Of a DNA stretch of 64,000 bases, positions 34,806 through 46,795 are shown piece by piece (within the stretch, counting starts at the first letter, position 1; each line of letters starts with the position of its first letter). The position numbers and the translations under genes are program-made. The notes below the pieces were generated by a model. That model searched no databases. It saw only the letters and a program-made list of their open reading frames with translations, and had not been told where the DNA came from. The DNA is from Strigamia acuminata (lineage: Eukaryota), in assembly GCA_949358305.1 (NCBI GenBank), contig OX442314.1:32240001-32304000 (forward strand). The letters are read 5' to 3'.

Positions 34806-36680
34806 ATGACTGGACGAGGCAACGGAGTACGACCGCCGTGGCGAGGAGGGAAAAACGGAAAGAATAAGACAAATGTTGAGACGCGCCGCCAGCGACAGGC
34901 GCGTGAGCGCTATGTTTGTCCCTACCCTGTGCCGCGATTGTTTGAGACGGGGCCCATCTTGATGCCAAACTATCATCCTGACCACCCTATGTGTCGCGCC
35001 TTCCCGAATCGCGAGCTTTGCCCTGTGTGTTCGGGGTGGGGTCATCTCCATCGAGGCGTGGACGAGTGCTTCGCGTGCGAGGGATTTGGAAATTTGCGTC
35101 GAGCTCAATTTAAAATATGGATGCGACGTATGCAGGCCCTTTGTTTAGGAGAAACGATGGCGGATGGGAGAGACATTTCGTTTTATGTCCTGCCCGATAC
35201 TTTCCAGCCGCTTTTGGGTGCCGCGTCTGACTGCAATCGCTTCATTATCCAACACGAGGCCCATTGGCGCAATACTATCCAGAGAGCCGCCACCATGGGA
35301 GTGCGTCCGCACAATTGGCAATATCCTCCTTTGGGGTGTTTAGTCATGGCACCAGGCACGGTGACCCCCGAGTTGCCTTCCTATTTTCGTCAGTGGGCCC
35401 CTATGGTCCGAGGGCAGTCCAATCGTGTGCCGCCGATAACATCGCGTCTCCATTCTCAGGCGCATCAGCGGCGGGATAACCCACGAGCTCCTGTTGTGGT
35501 TGGGCGTGCGCGTTTGGCTGCTGAGGACGAACGTTTGCGACGAATTGGCGAGCGAAACGCCCATTTACTGGAGGACATCGTCCAGCTGCAGGGGCTCCAG
35601 CGTCAGGTCCGGGATGGATTTGTAGCCGCAAGAGCGGCGCCTGATTTGCCTGCTGCCGTTGCTGTGTTGTCGGAGCGATTGGCGCCGAGTTCGTCTCAGT
35701 TTTTCAACGTCGCTTCTGGTGTAATGGTCCCCCAATGTCGACCAGTGCCTACGTTACAACGTGTGCTGGAGGTTCCACCGGCCCAGGTGAGCGAGATAGT
35801 GGATGATTTGCCAGAGGTTTGCGTAGTTCCACCGCCAATTGATGAAGCGGCCCTATCAACCGCGCTACTGCCGGTTGGGCGACCTACCTGTGACATGGAC
35901 GAAATAGCGACCCCTTTTGGTGTGAACTTGCGACGGGATTGGGCTGAGACCGACATGGAGTGGCTAATTCGATGCCACGACGAGGCGACGCGCCGTCGCG
36001 AAGCCGCTTTTCCAGGAGGAATGGTTCCTCGTTCTTCGTCCTCCCAATTGGAGCAGTCGTTGGATTATGTTGGGGAGTTGCCCAATTTGCGCGTTTGCTT
36101 GACTGACGCCGGACGGGATGTTGAGTGTTTACCGGAGTCGTCGGATGATGAGGAGGACGATAATGCGCGTCCGCGACGACAGCTTCTGCCTGTTTTCACT
36201 GGTCGTCCAGTCCAGCATGACCTGCCGTTTCCAACTCAACCCGAGGACTTGACGGCCGCAATCAAGAAGGTGATTGATTTGCAGCATCGGAAGCGAGATT
36301 TTGTTACGGTTCGTGAGCTCGAGCTGTATTTTGAAACGATTATGGCGCGTGCGACCTTCGACTCGCTTTTCCCCATGGGTGCCCTTGAATGGGAAGGTCC
36401 ATCGCGATGGCGCACGGACACTTATTTGGAGGCCGATGCTTCGCGTTGGAGAGAGTTTTTCTATTTGGTGGTGAAGAAAGAGCTTGGATTGCCGGAGAAC
36501 GTCGCGGCAATAGTTCATTTGCTCGGGGAAGGCCATATTCGCGTGTTGCAGCAATTAATCGCGGACACTTTGACTGAATTCCGCCCGCGTTCCGAGCAGC
36601 AGCTGGGCGATGTTATTACCTACCGCGTTCTTACACTCATGAAGGAGCTTGTGACAGCTGTCACCGGCTATGAGTTTTAA
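34806..36680 (+). CDS. ORF3 of element C: 624-aa non-Env accessory protein with two CxxCxGxG motifs
   Basis: Intact ORF inside the LTRs; CPVCSGWG and CFACEGFG; no signal peptide or TM segment evident; putative Inr at 33833 and 5'UTR intron 33977-34787. Confidence 0.85.
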   Translation: MTGRGNGVRPPWRGGKNGKNKTNVETRRQRQARERYVCPYPVPRLFETGPILMPNYHPDHPMCRAFPNRELCPVCSGWGHLHRGVDECFACEGFGNLRRAQFKIWMRRMQALCLGETMADGRDISFYVLPDTFQPLLGAASDCNRFIIQHEAHWRNTIQRAATMGVRPHNWQYPPLGCLVMAPGTVTPELPSYFRQWAPMVRGQSNRVPPITSRLHSQAHQRRDNPRAPVVVGRARLAAEDERLRRIGERNAHLLEDIVQLQGLQRQVRDGFVAARAAPDLPAAVAVLSERLAPSSSQFFNVASGVMVPQCRPVPTLQRVLEVPPAQVSEIVDDLPEVCVVPPPIDEAALSTALLPVGRPTCDMDEIATPFGVNLRRDWAETDMEWLIRCHDEATRRREAAFPGGMVPRSSSSQLEQSLDYVGELPNLRVCLTDAGRDVECLPESSDDEEDDNARPRRQLLPVFTGRPVQHDLPFPTQPEDLTAAIKKVIDLQHRKRDFVTVRELELYFETIMARATFDSLFPMGALEWEGPSRWRTDTYLEADASRWREFFYLVVKKELGLPENVAAIVHLLGEGHIRVLQQLIADTLTEFRPRSEQQLGDVITYRVLTLMKELVTAVTGYEF

Positions 36681-37260
36681 GGCGCGTCCCGTTAAGTGAA
36701 AGTGACTTTTTTCCGGAATTGACTTTTCTGTGTGATTAACGTGACTTTTTTCCGCGTAATCGAACGCGAAGTTTAGTGCTTTTGATGCGGACATTTTGTT
36801 TGAACTTTTTGCCTGATTGTGAAATTTTTATTTGTGCCTTTTGATCGCGTGTAAATTTTTGAAGTGTGAGATTTGATTCGCTTGTGTTGTTGAGTCCACG
36901 CGAAGTTTCGCGCCTCACCCTTGCGTTTTTGATTTTTGTTTTCCTTCCGCGATCTTAAGATTTTCTTATTATAGTGTATATTTTCTTTTTTGTAGTGTTC
37001 CCGAGCGTCGCGATCTTAGTTAAGTGATTTATGCACCATGTGCATCTGTGCCTGGCGCTTAGGCTAGTAATGTTTTATTTTGTGTTTTCGGCGCTTAACG
37101 CCTGTGTGTATTGTTGAGTCTACGCGACAATCCTCGCGCCTCATAATGTTTGTTTAATTTGATTGATCATTCCAATTGATATTTTGTTTTTGTATCGCTT
37201 TTTATTTTCTTTACTTTTCAGATTTGTTTCGAGAATAAAAACACTCTCGTCCGAGGGGCG

Positions 37261-38270
37261 TGTCACGGCCCGGCATTAACGCGTAATGTAACTTTAACCC
37301 ATTGTTGTGTTTGTTCGCGTTTTCCGTGAGTTCCTAGCTATGATTTGTTATCATTGTTTTGTTAAAACTCCCAATAAATCCTAAACCTAATATAATTTGA
37401 GTTTTGTCCTACCTTTATTTCCTATTCATGTTTATCCTTTGATTTGGTCTGGTGTGGCTCAATTCTGCCACATCAGACTAGTCTAAGTCGTGTATTTCCT
37501 ACTGTTACCCCTCCTAATTTCGTTTAGTTCATCCTATCTAATTTAAATGTTTAGTCACTCGCGACTGACTCATCGCGATGATTATTCACGAGCGCGCCTG
37601 ATTGGCTTACGCGTGCTTGACTCATGGTTCTCCCCTCGTTTTCTGTGATGGACTTGGCCCAAGTTCACTTCTGAGCTGTTTCAGCCAAGTCTGATCAGAA
37701 GGCGTAAGACCATGAGCTATCGTAAGTGCCTTAACTGGCCGTTGTGCATTTGGCGACTTTTCCTGTGTTAATTCGCAGTAACTCCATGCCACGTAATTGT
37801 GCATGTTTGAGTATATCCATTATCATATCGCGTGTCTAAATTCCGCGTGTCATCTTTGATTCCTTTCCTTTCGATGTTCTTTTGTGTTTACACGACGTTT
37901 TATGCCGCTGACGTGCCTCTGGACTAGAAATTAGATTCAAGTAGCTAATGAGTTGTTTATTTCGTCTTTTGCGCGCGATTAGTGCGCGCTTGCTCGGTCT
38001 GGCCGCTCCGCCATTAGGGGTCCCTGCCAGATTAGCTTAAGCCACGTTAGCGTTGTTAAGTCCGCACGTGAGCATTACTTCTTCCACTTTTAAGGCTCCA
38101 ACAAACTCGGTAATAATTCGTAACATGATCGAATAGGGGGTTAAGCTTGCCGCCACCCTTCAGGCTGCTTAACGTTGCCGGGCCCTTATTCGGGACCAGG
38201 CTCTCTTGTATCGTAACTGGCGCGTCTTTCAAACGCGGTTTCAAAGACCAGAAACAACCGGTTCATGACA
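37261..38270 (+). repeat. Element C 3' LTR
   Basis: Near-identical to 25833-26842; followed by ACAC TSD. Confidence 0.97.
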
Positions 38271-38599
38271 ACACATATCTTACAAATGATGCACAAATAT
38301 CTTTAAAATTTTGTAATAATTTCACATCTTTGGTTATAATGGATCAGAAATCATTGAAATCACTAGTCTCCAGCCAAAAATCATAAAATCAATAAAAAAA
38401 AAACTTTAAAAAAATTAAAAAATATTGATTAATTTTTTTTTATTCAATTTAGCCAAGAGAAAAAAATCTTGGATTGGGATGCCTTGACAATCAACCATTA
38501 TTCCAAAAAGCAATACGTTTTTTAGACGTACCGCGAAAGAGGGGTATGTTTTTGAGAAGTACCGCAATCTTGTGACTGGTCGCTCTTGTGATCAGTCGA

Positions 38600-39400
38600 T
38601 CTTATGATGTCCCATCTTCAGACCAGTCGCTTTTATAATAAACGCTAATTTGGACCGAAAAAAGAGTGTCGCTAATCTGACATTTTCCGTCTGTGCAAGC
38701 TCCATAGTCTAGGGTTTGTTCCATAGGATTTACACTGCCTAGAATGTAATTATTCTCCTACCATGCAAGGAGTGGTTTGGCGTCCACATTGAACTACGCA
38801 GCAAGCAGGAGATAGGCATGTGGAATTTGTCCTGCCAGCAAGAAGGAAAGGGCCGACAACTGTCTTACCTGCATGCGAAAGTCTTCATTGTCCAAGTACT
38901 TTGCAGCCAAACGGTCGTGTTGCACTCTGCGGTAAACGGATTGCGTAAGATGGAAGTAGCAGCCATGCAATTGGGCTTCGGGGAATACTTCTTTTGCTGC
39001 GCTCAATGTTGTCATTTCGAAATCGCTAATAAAGTATTCGGGATCCCAACAAAACTATTAAAGAACTCCGCTACCAGACTCTTTACTTTATTGAACAGCA
39101 TCACATAGGCAGCCTTAGTCTTATGCTCCATTAGCTAGTAGACCACGAACAGAATGCGCTGCGATGCTGCTGATGTACCCACAGTGCAATGGATAGAATA
39201 CAACTGCTTGCACAACTTGGGTACAACTTGAAAAGTCCCATTTCCAAGGATGCTCCCTGATTCACTCAAATACCACAAGTTCTGTTCTGTTGTAGGCAGC
39301 AGCATTCTTGAACCGCATTCTGTTGCCAATATATACATGAAGCGGTGACCACTGACCAGACAACGTGTTGCTGAATAGCTCAAGTGACTCCCACTTCAAT
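38600..39400 (-). pseudogene. Mutator/MULE transposase remnant
   Basis: NGTFQVVP..QLYSIH, DFE..AAKEVFPEAQLHGCYFHLTQSVYRRVQ motifs with stops and frameshifts. Confidence 0.9.
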
Positions 39401-39750
39401 TTCAAGTTTTAGGTTCTTTGGGCAATTCTCTGGAATTCTCCGGAAACGACACTACAGTTTACCACATTTCAGCAAGACGTCCATATAGTTGACAGCACAT
39501 TGTTTCAGAATTGGCTGCAACGTTTGTAGTTTGTTAGTCATGGTTTGTATTGTTTGTATGCCAAGTTTGGCAATTTGTATTCTGATAGAACTAGAATAAA
39601 CAATGGTTTTCCAATGTGCTGTCAACTATATGCCTACAGCACACTTTTCCAAATTTGAACTTTTTTCTGCAGATTCTGTTAGTATTCCGTTAGTATTCAT
39701 TTGTAATGTATAAATTTTCGTTTGTATTGGTTTACAACAAATTCTATGCA

Positions 39751-41165
39751 GTGTGCTGCCAAATTGATGCTGGAATACACACACCCAATTTGACTTTTCT
39801 TTACAGATTCCTTTAGTATTTAGTTAGTATTGATTTGTAATGTACAAATTGTCGTTTGTATTGGTCTCTACAAGCCGCAAAATCGATTTGACCGTTTTTG
39901 GGCACTCAGGGAAAAGCGTGTGCTGCCAAATTGATGCTGGAATACACACACCCAATTCCACTTTTCTTTACAGATTCCTTTAGTATTTAGTTAGTATTGA
40001 TTTGTAATGTACAAATTGTCGTTTGTATTGGTCTCTACAAGCCGCAAAATCGATTTGACCGTTTTTGGGCACTCAGGGAAAAGCGTGTGCTGCCAAATTG
40101 ATGCTGGAATACACACACCCAATTCCACTTTTCTTCACAGATTCTATTAGTACTCAGTCAGTATAGATTTGTAATGTACAAATTGGCGTTTGTATTGGTC
40201 TCTACAAGCCGCAAAATCGATTTGACCGGTTTCGGGCACTTGGGGTAAAGCGTGTGCTGCCAACTTAATGCTGGAATACACACACCCAATTTCACTTTTC
40301 TTTACAGATTCCGTTAGTATTTGGTTAGTATTGATTTGTAATGTACAAATTGTCGTTTGTATTGGTCTCTACAAGCCGCAAAATCGATTTGACCGTTTTT
40401 GGGCACTCGGGGAAAAGCGTGTGCTGCCAAATTGATGCTGGAATACACACACCCAATTCCACTTTTCTTCACAGATTCTATTAGTACTCAGTCAGTATAG
40501 ATTTGTAATGTACAAATTGGCGTTTGTATTGGCCTCTACAAGCCGCAAAATCGATTTGACCGGTTTCGGGCACTTGGGGTAAAGCGTGTGCTGCCAACTT
40601 AATGCTGGAATACACACACCCAATTTCACTTTTCTTTACAGATTCCGTTAGTATTTGGTTAGTATTGATTTGTAATGTACAAATTGTCGTTTGTATTGGT
40701 CTCTACAAGCCGCAAAATCGATTTGACCGTTTTTGGGCACTCAGGGAAAAGCGTGTGCTGCCAAATTGATGCTGGAATACACACACCCAATTCCACTTTT
40801 CTTAACAGATTCTATTAGTACTCAGTCAGTATAGATTTGTAATGTACAAATTGGCGTTTGTATTGGTCTCTACAAGCCGCAAAATCGATTTGACCGGTTT
40901 CGGGCACTTGGGGTAAAGCGTGTGCTGCCAACTTAATGCTGGAATACACACACCCAATTTCACTTTTCTTTACAGATTCCGTTAGTATTTGGTTAGTATT
41001 GATTTGTAATGTACAAATTGTCGTTTGTATTGGTCTCTACAAGCCGCAAAATCGATTTGACCGTTTTTGGGCACTCGGGGAAAAGCGTGTGCTGCCAAAT
41101 TGATGCTGGAATACACACACCCAATTCCACTTTTCTTCACAGATTCTATTAGTACTCAGTCAGTA
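39751..41165. repeat. 167-bp satellite, ~8.5 copies, with 334-bp A/B higher-order repeat
   Basis: GTGTGCTGCC recurs at 39751, 39918, 40085, 40252, 40419, 40586, 40753, 40920, 41087. Confidence 0.95.
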
Positions 41166-41431
41166 TTTGGCTTGGCACACGTCAAATCAGATCATGTGAC
41201 CAAGGGGAGTAAACTTCCCTAGGCACATCTCACCCCAGGTTGTCCAGGGTGAAACGGTAATTAACCGTTGTGGTGCAATAATTCCTTTGTTGCACCATAT
41301 TGAGCTAATTGCGCAGATTATCTGCGCAATTTCGGAGCTTGCCAGGCTCGCGCCCGCGCTTCGAACAGGACTCTTGATTTTACCACCAACAACACAACAT
41401 CACTGCTTTTTCCTCAGCGTAAAGTATTGAT

Positions 41432-41604
41432 TAAGCTTGTAATCGGATCGGATCGGATCGGATTTCTGGCCAATCCGCATCCGATCCGAAAATAGTGCGG
41501 ATCGAAAAATGCGGATCCGCATCCGATCCGCATGCCCAGATCGGCCTATGCGATCCGATCCGATCCGATCCGCAATCAATCCGCGGATTGCGGATCAATT
41601 GCGG

Positions 41605-41672
<68 letters not shown>

Positions 41673-42423
41673 TTTTTTTTGGCGCAAACAACACACAGCC
41701 ATGTTAGCCACTACTCCCTGCTTGAACAATTAAATTCCCCATTCAAAATTACTTAAAATCGAGAAAATAAACAAAAAAAAGCCCAACCGGCGCACGCAGC
41801 CAGCGATGAATAAACGTTTATTAAACGATAAAAAAAAGACCGAAACCGAACCGGCGACTAAGCACTCGCCTTTTTCTCGTTCTCCCGTCAACATTACAAA
41901 CCTGTATGTCTTCGCCAGTGCCGTTGGGTGGGGAGAGACGGAGAAACAGGTCGGGCGACGATCGGCGGCGTCGGGCGACGATCGGCGGCGTCGGGCGACG
42001 ATCGGCGGCGTCGGGCGACGATCGGCGGCGTCGGGCGACGATCGACGGCGTCGGGCGACGATCGGCGGCGTCGGGCGTCAGGCGAAGGGCGTTGGGCCCT
42101 ACGCTTATGAATTAATCATGACCGGTGAACGAGAAAAAGGCAGGTGTTTAGTCGCCCGGTTCGGTTTTAGGCCTTTTTGATTGTTTGTTAGTCGCTGCGT
42201 GCGCCGGTTGGCTTTTTTTTGTTTATTTTCTCGTTTTTAACAAAGTGAAAAAAATTTGCGGATTGTTCGGATCAATCCGCGGATTGGTTGCGCGGATTAG
42301 CCACCCGTCCGATCCGCAAGCGAATCCGCAGGCGGATCATTTAAAAGAATCCGCATCCGCATCCGATCCGATCCGATCCGATCCGCGGATTTGCGGATCC
42401 AATCCGATCCGATTACAAGCTTA
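41432..42423. mobile_element. hAT-type foldback MITE
   Basis: TIR TAAGCTTGTAATCGGATCGGAT, 8-bp TSD GTATTGAT, (GGATC)n subterminal repeats, central 20-bp tandem 41951-42078. Confidence 0.9.
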
Positions 42424-42433
42424 GTATTGATAG

Positions 42434-42964
42434 TGTTAGCGTCGGTAAATTGAGACATCCTGCTTGCTTTGTGCTCGTTGCACAAAGACAGCATCCTTGC
42501 GTGAATTAGCCGCTGCTAATTTACGCCTTCCGAGTACCGTGTGGAGAAGTTCCCGCCGACGTGAACCACCGCCATCGCCGTCATACGCCGAGCAGGAGGA
42601 GACTCACGTGAACCATCGTCCCGCCCGCGAGGACCATTGTACGTGAGTGTGGAAGAAGACGTCGCCGTTTTATTAACAACATTCTGTTGTTAAGCACGCC
42701 ACTGCCGTGCTTTTCGCGTGCAACACTCGTTGCACGCTCTTCCATTGTTTCCCTTCCCATTACATCCAGTATTATTCGCCTATCAATGTAGAATTCATTT
42801 AATAAAAGATTGTGCTTTGTTTTATTGATAAAAACTGTGTTTTTATTTCCTAACTTTACCCTAGACATTTCAGGCCGCATTGATTGTAAGTCTCTCGTAG
42901 CTTTCACCTGTGGTAACTTGGTCTCTTTATTAGAAAGTAACCAAGTAAAACCCGGATCGCAGCA
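42434..42964 (+). repeat. Partial LTR of a family related to element A (left boundary uncertain)
   Basis: Ends AGTAAAACCCGGATCGCAGCA like LTR A (AGTAAAAACCCGGATCGCCGCA); AATAAA and CCTAGACA motif; no TSD found. Confidence 0.55.
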
Positions 42965-43491
42965 ACCTCGCGCAATAAGGCAAAAGAAATATAGAAACTT
43001 AAATTTGTTTTTGTGTGTTTTCAACTAATGTGTAAATTTACGATAATCGAAATGATTCATTGTAAAAGCAATAAAGCATAGGTGGCGCTGCTAAACGACA
43101 AATTAGCATATTGTGAAATGCAGGGAAGTGAACATACAAGTATAAGTAATAGTTTATGACATTTTATTTATTTAAGCAACATACAGTTCATGAATTTTCT
43201 TTTTCTTGCAGATTTAATTAGGACAAATCTGAAACGGAATTATAAAAATTGAATAAATAAAATAGAACAGAATAAAGTAAAATAGAATGAAATAAAAATA
43301 ATTTTCTCAAGCAATTCGGCGTTGTCAAGACAGTAGAAAATCCCGCACACTACGATACCTGGCAATTTCGTTTCACTTTTCGAAACATTTATTGAAACCC
43401 CACTTCCGCCCGGTCGGAATCGCTCCGACTCCCGCCTATATCAAGTCACATTTCCAAAACATTTGCTTGGCGATATTTTTACTTACTTCCT

Positions 43492-44565
43492 TGTGGTGAC
43501 CTCAAATATTCCTATTTGAGTGCGCACCATATTTCCAGATTGTCTTATAAACATATTCAACAAGCTTATATGTTTTGTTTCAATGTAAATTGAAATAAAA
43601 TATATATTAATTAAATATAAAACAAGACACAATATTACCCAAATAATATTGCGTTTTGCAGCAAGTTTTGGCCCAGCAACAGCGTCAACCAATCACGTTG
43701 CAGCATGCATTGCTTTGATGATGCTGCTAGGCGTGTGCCTGGGCGGAGCATCCCTTCCCCTCGCGCGTGCCCGGCTCAATTGTTGCACACGACCCGAAGG
43801 CGGCCGTGTGTGATCTTTGTGCAACTCGTCATCTGCGCAGCTTTTCTGAGCAGATTTAGGAGTGAGCCAAACGGTTTTGGCCCACTCTTCCCGCATTCTT
43901 GATCCTGCTTCCAAACCTTTCACAACCGTGTCAAACTTATGCCCAAACTCGCTAAGTGTGATCTGTGATATTGGAAGAATCGAGATTCATTGCTGGTCCG
44001 TGCCAACTGTACGGAATAGCGCCTTTCTAGCTTGAATTACTACGCGTAATTTAAGCAATTTCTGTGTGTAAATTGACATTGAGCTTGCTCTGTCAATTTG
44101 AAGGCTTTGTGTTGAGTTTAACTCCACAAGGCGAACTGTGTTAAGACGGATTGTTACGTCGAGCTTGCTCCGTAATAATCAAACCGCTGTGTGCCAGACG
44201 TATTCTCGTGTTGAGCTTGCTCCGCGAGGATTTTAGAATATTTAGAGGCGTATTTTAGCGTTGAGTTTACTCCGCTAAAATCCCGCGCTCATACGACGCC
44301 GTCGACGCCATCTTGGAGCCAACGGTCAACTGTGAGTGTAGGTTTGAAGAAGAAGCCAGATCGACCCCAAACATTATCTTTTTGAATAATACCTCCTTTG
44401 TATTTTGAACAATTAAAGCTATCTAATTTTTCCTTTTACTCTCTGTGTAAAAATCATTCCCCTAGACAACCATTTGGTCACAGAGTAGAAGTCCTGTACG
44501 GCATCTCACCGACGATTGCTTGTTAAATTTGTATAATTTAATAAGTAAAAACCCGGATCGCCGCA
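43492..44565 (+). mobile_element. Solo LTR of family A (1074 bp)
   Basis: TG..CA ends, TCCT 4-bp TSD, diverged colinear match to 9029-10092. Confidence 0.95.
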
Positions 44566-46499
44566 TCCTTTGCAACGCACTCGAGGAAAGCATTTTCATT
44601 TTGTGTCACCTATTTAAAAAGTATAACATAATTAGTATTTTGAAGAATGTATAATTATTGAAGAGAATAAACCACGTACACTATGTTTTGGAAATTAAAT
44701 AACAACTACATTTTATATTGTTTTATATCGATTGTATAGTTTAAATGCATTTTCGAGTAATATCGCTAGCAATATCAATTAATATCACCTCAATGTTTAT
44801 AATATCGAAAAACGAATTCCTGTACTCAGAAATAAACTCATTAGTTGTTTCATCCTCATAAGTCTCAGTGCTCGCACCGCGCAGTCGACGCAGCAGTGGA
44901 AGAAATGAACGTTTAATTTAACCTTCTCACAGCCATGGTGGGGTCAGAAAAATAACAAAAGTAGCAAAATAACTCTAACTCTTTTATTCCTAAAAATTAA
45001 TTTAGGGGACCAGCTTTAATTCCTCCAACTGTGAGCGAAAATCGTGAGTACACGTTGTTGTGTTTTTTTTGGACTGAAATTTTAACTCAACGAGGTACGA
45101 CGACGACTATTTGTACAGATTATTTGTAAAGTTGGTTACGCTCTCACCACAGAAAAAAAATGTATTAAAGTAAAAATATAATACATAATAGGAACAGTTC
45201 TAACTTATGACCGCCAGACAGCACTACTATGTTATTAGGCAGGAGACCACATCTACAGTACCTCTTAACTGAACGCTATTTCAACCAAGACACATTACTC
45301 GCTCAAATATTGGAGGTGTTAAAAGATCAACATTCCAAAAATTTCATTGACTTTGGTGTATACATCATGTAAATATTGGGAGTTATATTGTAAACTGGTT
45401 CATTCTCTCCAATTACTCATTTTTCATAATGTGCGGATAACGCAGACAAAGATATAATTAAAATTTTTATGAAATTAGAGATTCAATCGACAGGGTATTT
45501 GAGAATTGGCTACATTGACATTCTTTGGTTGTTTTTTGCCATGCACTGAATATTCTCTAACATAGTCACAATCAGATTGGCCAAAAAATTGACTGCTCAA
45601 GTCTCAATAAGACATCTTCACAGGAGGCAGCAGAAATTATTACATGCAAAAAAAAATAAAGAATCTCAATTTTTTTTTTCTTCTGAGACATGTTTAAAAA
45701 TTCTGTTGGCAGATTGCACCATTCTGGGAAAATTTTTCAAGTAATATCTGCACATTGTTTCATGTTACTGCTTTTATAATGCTATTGAACTAACAAATGT
45801 TGCCACAACATTACAATTATTAGTGCTTTAACACCGTTTTACACGTCTTATTTTTAGCACTGTAGATCTTGTACTACAATTTTGAATACTGAATCGGATG
45901 ATTTCGTAAAAATCTTAATAGTGATATCTTTGTATGCCTGGTCCTGTAAAACGTATTAATAAAACTAAAAACTCTATACCAAATATGCACATGCTGTTAA
46001 AGCAGCTACAACCGGAATTTTATCCTGAAAAACAGAGTTTATTTTGAAACACATGAAGATACTTTTGAATAGTCTACAGGTATAAACGAGTATTTAATTT
46101 GCGAGACCCACTTTGTTTTCACTAAAGAACATCTCAACCTGGAGTAGATTTCTAGGTTCTCGTAGTTCTCGACATATGACAACGGGGCCCTCCCAATGCC
46201 GAGAGTTAGAATTTCGATAAAAAATAAAAATTTGAAAAAAATAATTTAGAATTATATTTTTAAATAGGACCCTTAACCTAAGGCGTCTATAAAAGGGCCA
46301 CACAAACCATAAATCTGCAACTAGAGTCAACTCCTAAATGAAATTAATTGAGGCATCACCAGCTCACTGTAGGAGGAATCAGACATTTAAGTAAGCAAAG
46401 ACGGAGTCTTTTGATGTTGTTGCGACCCCGGACAAGTCAACGGTACTTGCAAAGGTCGGCAGTGAGCGGGCGTAGCACGACACCACCGCCAATGCACTA

Positions 46500-46795
46500 C
46501 TGCCAAGGCTTTAACCGCCAAGTCAAAACCGCCAAAACAATACCGCCAAACAATTACCGCCAAAACAATACCGCCAAACCCATTACCGCCAAACCATTAC
46601 CGCCAAAACAAAAAGAGGGTAAAGTGTGCCTGGACACACTTCGGTTCTGCGCACCAAATGTGCGCCGTCAGCTTAATTCGGTGCAAAAGTGGGGCAATCC
46701 TGCACACTTCAGATAGGCGCAGTAAATCTGCGCAATTAGCTTGTTTTGGTGCAACAAAGGATTTGTTGCACCAACAAAGAACGGCTTCACCCTGG
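46500..46795. repeat. ACCGCCAAA ~14-bp tandem plus a hairpin-rich end related (inverted) to 41244-41330
   Basis: CCAGGGTGAA..GGTGCAA..TTGCACC..GCTAATTGCGCAG shared in opposite orientation. Confidence 0.6.

Larger units (their letters stand above)
25833..38270 (+). mobile_element. Full-length Ty3/Gypsy 'element C' (12.4 kb) with ORF3
   Basis: 1010-bp TG..CA LTRs (one mismatch seen, 26468/37896), ACAC 4-bp TSD, tRNA-Phe PBS, short PPT GAGGGGCG at 37253-37260. Confidence 0.97.

Noticed and set aside
34806..36680. ORF3 as Env
   Set aside because: No signal peptide or transmembrane anchor evident
41431..42494. Poly-K/poly-F and RRRATIGG ORFs
   Set aside because: Translations of the poly-T and tandem repeats inside a MITE
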